From positions 30,298-94,297 of the IMG/VR virus record IMGVR_UViG_2551306247_000001: DNA of 64,000 bases. The stretch is one strand, 5' to 3'. This stretch comes from a virus. Taxonomy: Duplodnaviria > Caudoviricetes. The notes under the pieces are model-generated. The model saw nothing but the letters and a program-made list of their open reading frames with translations, made no database searches and was not told the origin of the DNA. Made by a program: the position numbers and the translations under genes. Positions 28,250-39,110 of the stretch are shown here, one piece after another; position 1 is the first letter of the stretch; every line of letters begins with the position of its first letter.

Positions 28250-31200
28250 ATGGCAGAAGAACATACACAGCAGCCATCATCACGAGGAAAGAGCCGTCGA
28301 GAGAGGGTCGAGTATGCCAGGTCACGTGATATTTTAGATGTTGCTAATGAACTTAATATTGAGCTGGTTCAATCAGGACGAGACTATCGCTGGAAAGAAC
28401 ATGATTCTATGGTTGTTTCCACTAAAAAAAATATGTGGAATTGGTTTTCACGTCATCAGGGTGGTGATGTTATTGCTTTAGTTCAAACAATAAAAGAAGT
28501 TGACTTTAATCAGGCGATTGATTTTCTCAATGACGGCACCTTTAAAGAATTTACAAAAGTCGAACATGTGCAGGAACCCTTTTCTTATTATCTGGCTCCT
28601 TATGAGCAGCCGTTTGAAGCTGCTAGAAGCTATCTAAAAGACCAACGTGGGCTTTCAGATGAAACCATTGGTTTTTTCTTTGAAAAAGGGGTACTTGCCC
28701 AGGCTAATGCCAAGGTAAACGGAAGTATCGAACCCGTTGTTGTCTTCAAATCACTTGATTTTTCAGGTGAGATTGTCGGAGCTACACTACAAGGTATTGA
28801 AGAAAATTGGGAGAAATGGCCTGAACGTGGCTATGCTAAGAATATTGTCAGAAACTCAGACGGTATTATTGGTATGCACGTAGATATCGGCCAACCTAAC
28901 CGCCTTATCTTTGCGGAAAGTGCAATTGATCTAATGTCTTATTATGAATTACACCGAGACCACCTTCAAGATGTGCGGTTAATCTCAATGGATGGTCTGA
29001 AGGAAGCAGTTGTGGGCCGACATGTGGCGCAACTCCAGTCGGAAGTTTCAGGACGGCCTCTGACCTGGAGCCATGATCAGCTGGCGGAGGGGTTGCAGAC
29101 TGCGATCGATAACGGCTTCTTTGCAGATGGTAAACATGCAGATTGGATCACCCTGGCAGTTGACAACGACGAAGGTGGACGGAATTTTATCGCCTCTTTA
29201 CGTGAAAAAGGGGCTACTGTTACTGAGGATTTGCCTCTTTTGAAAGAAGGGCAAGTAAAAACTGACTGGAACGATGCACTCAAGCAGCCTCCTATTGATA
29301 ATAGTCGCTTAGGTCAAGCTAGACGAAAACTAGATCGTTTGAATCAGGAATTCTCAGATGCTACAGAAGCAGTTTATGGACACGCGGCGCAGACAAATGG
29401 CCAGCCAATGAATGATAAACGTGGCGGTGCTAGATTCTTTAAACGTCAAGAACAGCTGGAGAATAGAGTCTTTGATAAGTTGAATGAAATCAAGAAGCAA
29501 GAAGAACGTGTTGAACGGCTAGAACAACAGGCAGAGTTCAAGGAACAGGGGCTCAATCGTCAAGGTACAGGCCTTGAGATGAGTGTTCAAAATATACCTC
29601 GGATAAGAGAAGAACTTGAAAAGGCGGAACGTGGGGAATCAATGTATACCAAAGCCACCCTTAAACGCTACCGTGAGGAGTTAACTCGTCTGGAGAAAAT
29701 TTCAGAACAGCTTGCAATGACAACCATTCAACCAGGTGCTCAAGCCTTGATAGAAGCTGGCAGCGTAACACAGTGGGAAAAACGGCCCAATCTGTACTTT
29801 GTAAAAGGACTACGTCGAGTAGCTCTTGAACTTGGTGAAGATGGAAACTTTAGAGAATCCGCCGGATACCGTCCACGTACTGCTGAAGAACAAGAGCGAG
29901 TTAATGAACTATTAGAACAACAGGGCAAGAACGAGGGTGAACCTCAGATTTCCACAGTTGAAGCAGAACACAAAGAAGGGTTAATTCATGGGCAAACAAA
30001 CGAGGGACAAGGTCTTCTATTTGAAAATCTTGTCGATGTAATACCAGCTTCAAATCATGCAACGGTACCAGAATTACAAGTTGTTTTTGATTTCTCAGAG
30101 AATCCAAAATTGTCTAATCTGTATTCTTCAGAAGAGGTCATCCCTTATAATGACTTCATAGCTAATCTATATGAGGAAAATGAGTGGCAATCCATCAGCC
30201 CAGACTTAGGGTATTATAAGACTTATTTTGCTTTGCAAGACGAATCAAGGAATCCTTTAACCCCCAAAATCCGCTTTGATATTGGTAGTGAAACTGAAGA
30301 TCTCTCTGAACAATTGAGTCAGGATTTACCGAGTCCGTATTTGGAGTTGGCTCAAAAGGCAGATCATGACTACCATGCCAAAGTGTCCTATGATACTTTT
30401 AAAGCTAATCAAAAAGGACTATCTGAGGCAGTTCAAAGTCAAATTCAAGCGGGTGTCTTGCAGGTTACTCTCTCAGATGATGCCTATTTCTATACCTTGG
30501 TCAACTATACTGGGTGGAGCCATCCTTTGCAGCAGTTGAAACCCAAAGCACTAGAGGGATTGAAAGAGTATCGTGCATTCTTTGAATCCATCAACGATAC
30601 TAATATTGAGCGGTTTAAAGAAAAAGGTACACCTGAACAGAATCGGATGTACGATATCTTAAAAAACCTTCAAAAAGATTTAGGTCGTTCAAATACTTCT
30701 ACGGTCTTTTCAGAAGAAATAGCAATCAGTGCCTATAATCTCAATCGAAAATTAGAAAGTTTGACAGCTGAAAATTGGGCTAGTAGCATTGTAGATCCAC
30801 TAGGCTCACTAGGCCGTGATGTATGGAATATTATCAATTACCCTGCTAACGACATTGTGACTGGAAATACAGACTACTATTTCCAGATAGTCCCCTATCA
30901 CCTGCTAGAATACCTTAACGGTAAAACTGGAATTGTTGAAATATCTCTGGAAACTTATAATCATATTCTTCAACAGTTGAGAGATGAAGAAATCATTATT
31001 GCTCCTGAAACGCCTGAAGATGTTGCACAGGTAGAACATGGGAAGAAATCAACAGCTGAAGAAACAGTGCATGAAGCCCCTGCTTTATCGTCGGGAGGCT
31101 CAGAAGTTAGTCAAGAGGACCAAAAATGGCTAAAGGAGAACTGGGAGAATATTCGTTTCACTGTTCAGCCACCAAAAACTATCACAGGAAAAGATGAGGC

Positions 31201-34200
31201 CTCTTTCCAAGATCCAGAGCGGCAGCCAAATTTGCAAATTGTTTTTCAATCGTCTGGAGAACAGGTGATTTTAGATAAATACGAGCCAGGAGAAATTGTT
31301 CCTTACGATATATTTGTGAAAGATCTCTATTCGGAAAATAGGAAACGACTAGAGGAAGCAACTGAATTACCTACTTTCCCAGTACTACACCTACCAGGAG
31401 ATGAAAGTGGAACCTGGTTTGATCTGCTAGACGAGAATGGGAACACCTTAATTGAAAGATTTAGGTACGACATTGGAGTAGAAAATGAGACGATTTCAGA
31501 AAGATTGGAGCGCTCAATTCCCTCCGAATATCTGGAAATTGCACAACAGATAGATGCCCTATTCCCGAAAATATCGTTGCCAGAAGTTGTTCTAGAAGAA
31601 CCAGGGATCCCCGTCACCATATATTCAGAGCATCAAAAGATTGGGACCATCGACCTCGACGATTTATTCAACAAAGGCGATTTAGGAATCATTTCAGATG
31701 AGCTAGGGTATGGTTGGGCAGTCAATCCAAGCAGAATGCTTGCAGTTATCAATGATGAAACATTGAACCAAGTTCAAGTAGATAATCTTATTGAACGAAT
31801 GATTGAGAATGGGATAAGTGGTGTTGATCTTAAACAATATCTGGATAATCCTGAATTTTCTTTGAAGAGTTATGCTGAGACAGGTGATATTGGCTTGCAG
31901 GAAAAAGAAAAAGCCCAAGAAGGGCAATCAGAGCAAAATAAAAAGGAGAGGACCAATGTTAGTAAGGGTTCTTTACAGCCCGAAGCTGAAGGCAGTGCCA
32001 TACCCGTGCCATCAGATGGCACCTTTGAGCCAGCTGTTACCAGCCACCCGACGTTATCCTCTCGTTACTTAAAGTTTACCATAGATAACGGCTATGTGTC
32101 AAATGTCAGAGATGGCTACCATGTGATAAGCCAGAGAGAACTGGATAAACTCAATAATTTTGCACCTTCCATTCAGGAAATGGCCAACTGGTATCGAGAT
32201 AATCTAGCTTCATCAGATATATTGTATGTGGTTCAAAATGGTGCTGAGACAGATATTGTACGTCTGACTTTTGAGGAGAAAAATTTTTCGCATCTAACAG
32301 GCATTCAACCTGTAGAAAAAAATCATAGTGCTGCCAAGACTTTACACGATTTTGCAGAAGGGATAGGGCATTACAATAATATTCTACTGGCTAATCAGAA
32401 TAACACGTTCAAGAAGTTAGGTGTATTGCCGAACTTAAAGGCAGTTCTTAATCCAGTATCCTTTTATTTCGATGATTTAGAAGAAATAAAACGGTTTAGA
32501 CGTATGGATGTTTCGAGGGCAATCAAGTCAGACGATGAAGACATTCTACTTGCGTTTAGAACTGTAGACGGGACTTCTTACCCAGCTACCTTACTGAAAG
32601 TTAAGGGAGGAGTAAAGGCTGATATTGATTCGGTAGAGGGTAAAACCATCCTTGGAATCTATCGTGAACGTGCTGGTCAGATTGAGCAGATAGCTGTCAA
32701 CGAAAAGCTGGTAAAGGATAACGGTAAAGCGATGTTTGAAGTCTTGAAAAATCAAGAGTACGAAGAACCAGACCAGGAAATAGCAATAGAAGAAGCTCAA
32801 CAAATAGTAGATATTGACTCTGACGGAGATGGTTACACGGATCAGGTAGAGATTGCCTTAGGTACAGATCCTTTCGATAGCCGAGATCACCTAGGAAAGG
32901 CAAGAGAGGTTTCCACAGAACAGTTCACCCAAGTATTGGATGCTGTCTATAACGTTGGTGCCCCAGAAAGTCTTGAACGCATTCCAGAAGAGCTTCATGC
33001 GGCCTGGAATCGTTACTTTAGCTATGCTGAAGAGCATGGCGACGACTTAGGGAAAATCATTGCTGCAGCGGACGGTGATCAGCTGTTGGATAAGACCTCA
33101 AACCTCTATCAAGAGTGGCATCAGGACCAGATATACCAGAATGATTACCATGTACGTATTCAGTGGGCGGAGGAGTGGCCAGAAGGTCCTCAGATTCCAT
33201 TTAAGGAAACAGAGCTTGTAACCTACCAAACATTCATTGAAACGTTGTATGAGCAAAATCAAGCCTTCTATAAACGTCATCAAGACAGTATGGCAATAGT
33301 TAATGAGACAGGAAACCAAGAGGCATATATTCCATTTACAAAAGTGAAATTTGATATATATGCTCCTGGTGGGACACTGATTAAGTCAGATGTTCGCTAT
33401 AATATTGGTGATGAAACAGAACCGATTTCACGTCTGCTTGGTTTAGGCTATCGTCGTTTAGAAGGCCAACCTCAACTAGCTGCTATTGATAAACAGGTCC
33501 TTTCTCAGCTGGAAAATCAGGAAGTGAATCAGGAAATTTCTACGGAAGCTAATGAGCAGAGCTTGAAGGCGACAGAGATAATACCTGATGAAAGTGGTCA
33601 TTCCAGGGGGAATTTCCATTCGCCTAATGAGGCTATGAAGGTTGGATTGACTCAACGGGTTGAAGAGATAATGGCAGAGGATGCAGCCAAGATTTTAGTT
33701 TCTTCCATTCCTCAAATCCAAGAAAGTTTATCATTTGAAGGTAACTTGATTGGCACTTCTCAGTTGGATGGCCGAATGCTATATATCAACCGAGAAGACT
33801 TTGGCCAAGATTATCATTTAGAATTAGCAGTTCACAGTCCAATGATGATTGAACAGCTATCTGATACCCAGGCACCTTGGACCTTGGCGCTTATCAAAGG
33901 GGACGAACCACTTGGCTATGTGGCCTATGGTAGTGACTGGGGCAACGACTTCCAAATTGCAGAAGAGTTAGAGAAGTTTGCTGAACAAATCGGATCAGAA
34001 AGAGTACCAGAAGGCCTGTATAAACAGGAAGAAGTGGATACCTTCCTTGCTACAAGTCAGACAAATGAAAATACTCAAAAAGAGTCGAAACCAGCAATTT
34101 CAGACGAACCCTTTGACTATAGCAGTGCCACTGCCTACGAAATAAGCGAACATGCTTTCCAGAAAATTCGTGAGTATACAAAATCACCAGAAGATATGTT

Positions 34201-35272
34201 GGAGTATATGGACTTCATGAGTAAATTCCCACAACTATCACCACGCAACGTCGCTCTAATTCATGACCAGTGGCGTGGAGCAAATGTGGTCGCAACCTAT
34301 GACCAATGGCAAGCAATGGGAGACGTTTTAGGAATTAAGCCAGAGGACGTTATCCAAACCAAGGCAGTATACACCAACAAGCGGACGGGTGAAACTAAGG
34401 AGGTCCTTCATCAAGGTTTGTCAGTCAAAACAGGTGAAAAGTCGCAGATCACTTTGTTTAGACCGTTGATGGTTAAGATGATTCCAGTCCTTGATGAGAA
34501 TGGTCGCCAGGTAAAAAATGACAAAGGAAATCCAAAGTATAAGAAGTTCTCAGAAGCATCAGCACAAGAAAAGGCTCTAGTGAAAGAAGGTAAGATTCCT
34601 GTACGTCAATTCCAGGAAAGGGACCCTAAAACAGGTCAAGCACGTTTTACGACTTACAAGGTCTTTGAACTATCACAGACTACACTGAAGCCAGAAAGTT
34701 ATCCTAAAGCAATGCCTAACCGTCACTACAACTTTAATGTTGATAAGGTTAAGACAAAAGAAGTGCTGGAAGGCTTGTGTGATTATGCTGAAAGCATTGG
34801 GGTTAAGATGATGAAAGATGAGGCTCGTGTTTTAGGTAATGCAAAAGGTGCCTTTTTCCCAGGAGAACAGCTCATTTTGATCAATCCAGACAATACACCT
34901 GGAGAAAAAATTGCCACAACCATTCACGAGTTAGCGCATGCCACACTCCATAACCCTAAATTAGCTGAGCAGTATAAGGAGAACCTTCCGAAAGGTCAAA
35001 AAGAACTTGAAGCCGAGATGACCAGTCATCTACTTTCAAAACACTTTGGCTTGGATACTTCCGAGAAAGCTATCGACTATATAGCAAGTTGGACAAAGAA
35101 TTTGACAGTCTTAGACGATAAGCAGTTGGCAGATTCATTGAAACGAATTCATAAAACAGTTTCTACGATGCTGAAGCAGGTTGAAACTCGCACCAAGCCC
35201 TATCAGGTTGGGAAAATGAGAGGACAAGCACCAAATTTTCCTAAAGCGCAAGTGAAAGGGCCTAGTCGATAA
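28250..35272 (+). CDS. Polyvalent LtrC-like protein: primase-like Toprim, repeated LPD-like domains, PBECR4-like nuclease, ArdC-N and metallopeptidase
   Basis: ESAIDLMSY/AVDND Toprim; FEEKNFSHLTGI; LSPRNVALI..YDQW; TIHELAHA..ELEAE. Confidence 0.8.
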   Translation: MAEEHTQQPSSRGKSRRERVEYARSRDILDVANELNIELVQSGRDYRWKEHDSMVVSTKKNMWNWFSRHQGGDVIALVQTIKEVDFNQAIDFLNDGTFKEFTKVEHVQEPFSYYLAPYEQPFEAARSYLKDQRGLSDETIGFFFEKGVLAQANAKVNGSIEPVVVFKSLDFSGEIVGATLQGIEENWEKWPERGYAKNIVRNSDGIIGMHVDIGQPNRLIFAESAIDLMSYYELHRDHLQDVRLISMDGLKEAVVGRHVAQLQSEVSGRPLTWSHDQLAEGLQTAIDNGFFADGKHADWITLAVDNDEGGRNFIASLREKGATVTEDLPLLKEGQVKTDWNDALKQPPIDNSRLGQARRKLDRLNQEFSDATEAVYGHAAQTNGQPMNDKRGGARFFKRQEQLENRVFDKLNEIKKQEERVERLEQQAEFKEQGLNRQGTGLEMSVQNIPRIREELEKAERGESMYTKATLKRYREELTRLEKISEQLAMTTIQPGAQALIEAGSVTQWEKRPNLYFVKGLRRVALELGEDGNFRESAGYRPRTAEEQERVNELLEQQGKNEGEPQISTVEAEHKEGLIHGQTNEGQGLLFENLVDVIPASNHATVPELQVVFDFSENPKLSNLYSSEEVIPYNDFIANLYEENEWQSISPDLGYYKTYFALQDESRNPLTPKIRFDIGSETEDLSEQLSQDLPSPYLELAQKADHDYHAKVSYDTFKANQKGLSEAVQSQIQAGVLQVTLSDDAYFYTLVNYTGWSHPLQQLKPKALEGLKEYRAFFESINDTNIERFKEKGTPEQNRMYDILKNLQKDLGRSNTSTVFSEEIAISAYNLNRKLESLTAENWASSIVDPLGSLGRDVWNIINYPANDIVTGNTDYYFQIVPYHLLEYLNGKTGIVEISLETYNHILQQLRDEEIIIAPETPEDVAQVEHGKKSTAEETVHEAPALSSGGSEVSQEDQKWLKENWENIRFTVQPPKTITGKDEASFQDPERQPNLQIVFQSSGEQVILDKYEPGEIVPYDIFVKDLYSENRKRLEEATELPTFPVLHLPGDESGTWFDLLDENGNTLIERFRYDIGVENETISERLERSIPSEYLEIAQQIDALFPKISLPEVVLEEPGIPVTIYSEHQKIGTIDLDDLFNKGDLGIISDELGYGWAVNPSRMLAVINDETLNQVQVDNLIERMIENGISGVDLKQYLDNPEFSLKSYAETGDIGLQEKEKAQEGQSEQNKKERTNVSKGSLQPEAEGSAIPVPSDGTFEPAVTSHPTLSSRYLKFTIDNGYVSNVRDGYHVISQRELDKLNNFAPSIQEMANWYRDNLASSDILYVVQNGAETDIVRLTFEEKNFSHLTGIQPVEKNHSAAKTLHDFAEGIGHYNNILLANQNNTFKKLGVLPNLKAVLNPVSFYFDDLEEIKRFRRMDVSRAIKSDDEDILLAFRTVDGTSYPATLLKVKGGVKADIDSVEGKTILGIYRERAGQIEQIAVNEKLVKDNGKAMFEVLKNQEYEEPDQEIAIEEAQQIVDIDSDGDGYTDQVEIALGTDPFDSRDHLGKAREVSTEQFTQVLDAVYNVGAPESLERIPEELHAAWNRYFSYAEEHGDDLGKIIAAADGDQLLDKTSNLYQEWHQDQIYQNDYHVRIQWAEEWPEGPQIPFKETELVTYQTFIETLYEQNQAFYKRHQDSMAIVNETGNQEAYIPFTKVKFDIYAPGGTLIKSDVRYNIGDETEPISRLLGLGYRRLEGQPQLAAIDKQVLSQLENQEVNQEISTEANEQSLKATEIIPDESGHSRGNFHSPNEAMKVGLTQRVEEIMAEDAAKILVSSIPQIQESLSFEGNLIGTSQLDGRMLYINREDFGQDYHLELAVHSPMMIEQLSDTQAPWTLALIKGDEPLGYVAYGSDWGNDFQIAEELEKFAEQIGSERVPEGLYKQEEVDTFLATSQTNENTQKESKPAISDEPFDYSSATAYEISEHAFQKIREYTKSPEDMLEYMDFMSKFPQLSPRNVALIHDQWRGANVVATYDQWQAMGDVLGIKPEDVIQTKAVYTNKRTGETKEVLHQGLSVKTGEKSQITLFRPLMVKMIPVLDENGRQVKNDKGNPKYKKFSEASAQEKALVKEGKIPVRQFQERDPKTGQARFTTYKVFELSQTTLKPESYPKAMPNRHYNFNVDKVKTKEVLEGLCDYAESIGVKMMKDEARVLGNAKGAFFPGEQLILINPDNTPGEKIATTIHELAHATLHNPKLAEQYKENLPKGQKELEAEMTSHLLSKHFGLDTSEKAIDYIASWTKNLTVLDDKQLADSLKRIHKTVSTMLKQVETRTKPYQVGKMRGQAPNFPKAQVKGPSR

Positions 35273-35279
35273 TCAATCA

Positions 35280-35305
35280 GGCACTCTCTTTCGAGGGTGC
35301 TTTTT
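35280..35305 (+). terminator. Intrinsic terminator
   Basis: GCACTCTC-loop-GAGGGTGC followed by TTTTT. Confidence 0.75.
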
Positions 35306-35328
35306 ATATATAAGAAATGACATAAAAA

Positions 35329-35338
35329 GTTATATAAC
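35329..35338. promoter_or_regulatory. GTTATATAAC palindromic operator
   Basis: Perfect palindrome inside CATAAA..TTTATG; recurs at three other loci. Confidence 0.6.
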
Positions 35339-35370
35339 AATTTATGCTGTTTCTAATAATAAGAATTAAG

Positions 35371-35409
35371 TGTCCTCTTAACGCACAAATTGTCATTATC
35401 TCTTATGAT
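35371..35409 (+). promoter_or_regulatory. 39-bp bipartite promoter motif, copy 3
   Basis: TGTCCTCTTAACGCA-N11-TATCTCTTATGAT. Confidence 0.8.
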
Positions 35410-35437
35410 GAAGCTATCAAGAGAGAGGAGATAAGAT

Positions 35438-37186
35438 ATGGTAACAGTGATTCTAGCTGAGAAAGAAACACAGGCAGTGGCTTATGCAGAGTGTTTGGGC
35501 AAGGCTAGTAAAAAAGGAAAGGTACACATTATTAAACAAACACCCTATTTTTCAGATGAGGTGCATATCATTGCAGCAGAGGGGCATTTGTTTGAATATG
35601 GGCTACCCAAGGATAATTGGGATTTGGATAAACTACCATTGGTCGATGTTTCCTTTAAGCAGACCTTAAAGCAGGACAAAATATCTAAAGATACTTTCAA
35701 ACAGATCTATCAGGAAGTAACAGCAGCGAGTCAGGTGATTATCGGTACAGACTCTGATAGGGAAGGGGAGCGGATTGCCTATTCAATCTTGTCCCACATT
35801 CCAGAAGGGAAAGATAAAGTAACTAAGCGCCTATGGGCCAACTCGTTGACTATACGAGGCCTTCAGAAAGCCTTTCAAAATTTAAGAGAACCTATGGAAA
35901 CCTATAACTACTATCTGGAAGCTGAAGCACGTGCACAGTCAGATTGGCTAGTAGGCATGAATTTGTCTCCTCTAGTTACTTTAGAATTACAAAGTAAGGG
36001 GCGACTTCCAAAAGGGAAGGGAAATAGTTTGTCTGTCGGCCGTGTTCAAACTCCTGGAGTACGGCTAATCTGTGAGAACGATATAGCGATTCAAAATTTC
36101 CAGCCAGAAACCTATTGGAAATTACAATTGCAAGATAAGGAAACGGAGATCAGTTTCACAAATAAGGATAAGTACTCAGATAGTGAACTTATCCTTACAA
36201 CGTCACGAGAACTAAGCACAGTTTCTACCGTTTCTTCAGTTGAAACAGAAGAGAAACAGAGAGCAGCACCACATCTATTTAATCTATCCGATATTCAGGG
36301 ATTAGCGGCTAGACAGTGGGGATTTGAACCAACTAAAACAGAAAGCATAATAGAAAGTCTCTATTTGAAAAAATACTTATCTTATCCTAGAACAGATACT
36401 CGATATATCGATGAGGAAGAGTTTAGCTATTTAAGAAACTATCTGAAGAGTTATCAAGAGGCGATTAATTGTCCTTTTGAACCAGTAAATATGGAACCAA
36501 GGGAAGATTATGTTAATCCTAAGAAAGTAGCCAAAACAAGTCACTATGCTCTTATTCCAACTGAGAATATCCCGAACCTAGTAACCCTGAAGCCAGAAGA
36601 AAGGCTAATCTATGAAGCTGTTGTTCGCAGAACCCTTCTGATGTTTGCTGCTGATTGTCGCTGTCTAACAACGACGGTTGAAGTGGAAAACCAGGGGATG
36701 GTTTTCAAAACAAAAGGCCGTCAAATGATTGACCCAGGTTGGGCCGCTCTTAGCCAGCAAAAACTAAAAGGGGATGTAGAGCTACCAGATTATCGTATAG
36801 GAGATCAGTTTGAGACAAAGGTCAATATCCTTGAGGGAGTGACAAAGCCACCAAAGAGGATTACAGAAAGCCAATTGATTAGTGAAATCCTACCCAAGTA
36901 CGGCTTAGGTACACAGGCAACTAGGGCAACCATGTTGAAAACCATTCAAGATCGAGGTTATATCAAAAAGGACAAGAAGACAGGGCAATTATTCCCAACG
37001 AATCAGGCTTACCTCTTGATTCATTACCTCTATGATAATGAGTTTGCCAGTCCTGAAACAACAGGCGGATGGGAAACGTTTCTATCTCAAATTGGAGAAG
37101 GAGAGATAAACCCACGTGAATTTGTGGATGCTATCAAGGAAAAATTAACGCATCAAATTTTGGCCGCAAAAGAAAGGAGAGATTGA
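35438..37186 (+). CDS. topB: Type IA DNA topoisomerase III
   Basis: ILAEK, GHL, TDSDREGE, SVGRVQTP, SYPRTD (catalytic Tyr), GLGTQATRA. Confidence 0.92.
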   Translation: MVTVILAEKETQAVAYAECLGKASKKGKVHIIKQTPYFSDEVHIIAAEGHLFEYGLPKDNWDLDKLPLVDVSFKQTLKQDKISKDTFKQIYQEVTAASQVIIGTDSDREGERIAYSILSHIPEGKDKVTKRLWANSLTIRGLQKAFQNLREPMETYNYYLEAEARAQSDWLVGMNLSPLVTLELQSKGRLPKGKGNSLSVGRVQTPGVRLICENDIAIQNFQPETYWKLQLQDKETEISFTNKDKYSDSELILTTSRELSTVSTVSSVETEEKQRAAPHLFNLSDIQGLAARQWGFEPTKTESIIESLYLKKYLSYPRTDTRYIDEEEFSYLRNYLKSYQEAINCPFEPVNMEPREDYVNPKKVAKTSHYALIPTENIPNLVTLKPEERLIYEAVVRRTLLMFAADCRCLTTTVEVENQGMVFKTKGRQMIDPGWAALSQQKLKGDVELPDYRIGDQFETKVNILEGVTKPPKRITESQLISEILPKYGLGTQATRATMLKTIQDRGYIKKDKKTGQLFPTNQAYLLIHYLYDNEFASPETTGGWETFLSQIGEGEINPREFVDAIKEKLTHQILAAKERRD

Positions 37187-37187
37187 A

Positions 37188-39020
37188 GTGGAAGACGAAG
37201 TGAAGACACCCTATTTTGATAAGTACACTGACAATTTGTCAGACAAAGTCTCAAAGAAGGTGGCTGATTACCAGGTTTATGGACGAGATAAAGAGGTTCA
37301 GGCCGTCATCGTTTCCCTTCTCAGGCGAACGAAAAACAATCCTGTCTTAGTTGGAGAGGCTGGAGTCGGGAAGACAGCTATTGTCGAAGGCTTAACTCTT
37401 GCTATCTTGCGTGGTCAGGTTCCATCTGCCTTAAAGGGTTTAACGGTACGCTCTTTGGAACTGTCTAGCTTAATGAGTGAAGAAGATGGTGGCTTCATAG
37501 CCAAGTTCAAGAAAATCATTGAGGAGATGGTTGCTACACGAGGACAGAATCTCCTCTTTGTAGATGAATTTCATACTATTGTTGGTGCAGGTGGCCAAGA
37601 CGGTCAGGCTCTTGATGCAGGAAATGTTATCAAGCCAGTCTTGGCACGTGGCGACATTCAGTTGGTCGGTGCAACTACCTTAGATGAGTTCCATGACTAT
37701 ATCGAAACAGATAGAGCATTGGAACGTCGGGTCCAGCCAGTTATGGTAGAGGAACCGACAATTCCGCAAGCGATAGCGATTATCGAACAGGCAAAAGGCG
37801 TTTATGAAACATTTCATGGGCTAAAAATTTCTTCAGAAGCAGTTCGACAAGCAGTCCGTTTGTCTGTTCGCTATATTACAGATCGTTTTTTACCAGATAA
37901 AGCCTTTGATTTGATCGATGAAGCAGCAACTATTGCTTCAGTTGAAGGAAAAGAGAGTGTAACAGAAGTAGATATAGCCCAAGTCTTGAAGGATAAAACT
38001 GGTATTCCTGTTACGACAATTTTAAAAGGAGATCAGGAGCGGCTAGATGGTCTCAAGGAAAAATTGATGAGACGAGTCAAGGGTCAGGAAGAAGCGATTG
38101 ATGCAATTGTTGATGCTGTGACCATTGCTCAAGCAGGCTTACAAGATGAAAACAGACCAATCTCCTCGTTCCTCTTCCTTGGTGCGACTGGAGTTGGGAA
38201 GACAGAGTTAGCCAAAGCCTTGGCAGAAGCACTTTTTGATGATGAAGATGCCATGATTCGTTTTGATATGTCTGAGTATAAACAGAAAGAAGATGTGGCC
38301 AAACTAATCGGAAATCGTGCTACGAAAACAAAAGGGCAGCTGACGGAAGGAGTCAAGCAGAAACCTTATTGTGTTTTGCTACTGGATGAGCTTGAAAAAG
38401 CGCACGGTGAAGTCATAGACCTATTTCTCCAGGTGCTTGCTGATGGGCGCTTGACAGACAGTACAGGTCGTCTGGTTAGCTTCAAAAACACAATTGTCAT
38501 TATGACCACAAATAGTGGTGATAAGAAAATTATCAATAAGTGGGAATTAAAAGGCAATTTCAAAAATTTATCCGATCGTGAGTGGCTTCAGTTTGAGAAA
38601 TCTATGGTCAGCGAGCTTCAAAATGAATTTAGACCAGAGTTTTTGAATCGGATTGAAAATAAACTCATCTTTAATCTCCTGGAGCGTGATGTTATTGAAG
38701 AAATCGCAGAGAAAAATTTATCTGAGATTGAAGCTAGGTTGAGCCAACAAAATGTAACGTTCTCTTATGAACCAAGTTTAATTCAGTATCTGTCGGACGT
38801 GGGAACCGATGTAAAGAATGGTGCACGGCCCTTAGAGCATTTGATTAAACAAAAAGTATTGCCACCGATCTCGGCTAAGATTCTATTGTTGGATAGGAGT
38901 AAACAAACTTACAATGTTCATTTATGGGTGGAAGGGGAGGCACCAGATGGCCAACATCGCAAAGACTTGAGGCAGATCAAACTAGATATTGAAGGAGAAA
39001 TGGATGCTCTCTTCAGCTGA
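37188..39020 (+). CDS. ClpA/ClpB-like double-AAA+ ATPase lacking the N-domain
   Basis: KNNPVLVGEAGVGKT, DEFH, LPDKAFDLIDEA, GATGVGKT, FDMSEY, RPEFLNR, GARPL. Confidence 0.9.
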   Translation: MEDEVKTPYFDKYTDNLSDKVSKKVADYQVYGRDKEVQAVIVSLLRRTKNNPVLVGEAGVGKTAIVEGLTLAILRGQVPSALKGLTVRSLELSSLMSEEDGGFIAKFKKIIEEMVATRGQNLLFVDEFHTIVGAGGQDGQALDAGNVIKPVLARGDIQLVGATTLDEFHDYIETDRALERRVQPVMVEEPTIPQAIAIIEQAKGVYETFHGLKISSEAVRQAVRLSVRYITDRFLPDKAFDLIDEAATIASVEGKESVTEVDIAQVLKDKTGIPVTTILKGDQERLDGLKEKLMRRVKGQEEAIDAIVDAVTIAQAGLQDENRPISSFLFLGATGVGKTELAKALAEALFDDEDAMIRFDMSEYKQKEDVAKLIGNRATKTKGQLTEGVKQKPYCVLLLDELEKAHGEVIDLFLQVLADGRLTDSTGRLVSFKNTIVIMTTNSGDKKIINKWELKGNFKNLSDREWLQFEKSMVSELQNEFRPEFLNRIENKLIFNLLERDVIEEIAEKNLSEIEARLSQQNVTFSYEPSLIQYLSDVGTDVKNGARPLEHLIKQKVLPPISAKILLLDRSKQTYNVHLWVEGEAPDGQHRKDLRQIKLDIEGEMDALFS

Positions 39021-39040
39021 AAAATATTTTTCCTGCGATT

Positions 39041-39079
39041 TGTCCTCTTAACGCAGGAATGTTATTTATCCCTTACACT
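39041..39079 (+). promoter_or_regulatory. 39-bp bipartite promoter motif, copy 4
   Basis: TGTCCTCTTAACGCA-N11-TATCCCTTACACT. Confidence 0.8.
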
Positions 39080-39110
39080 AATCATGTCAATAAAAATAAG
39101 GAGGGCTTCT

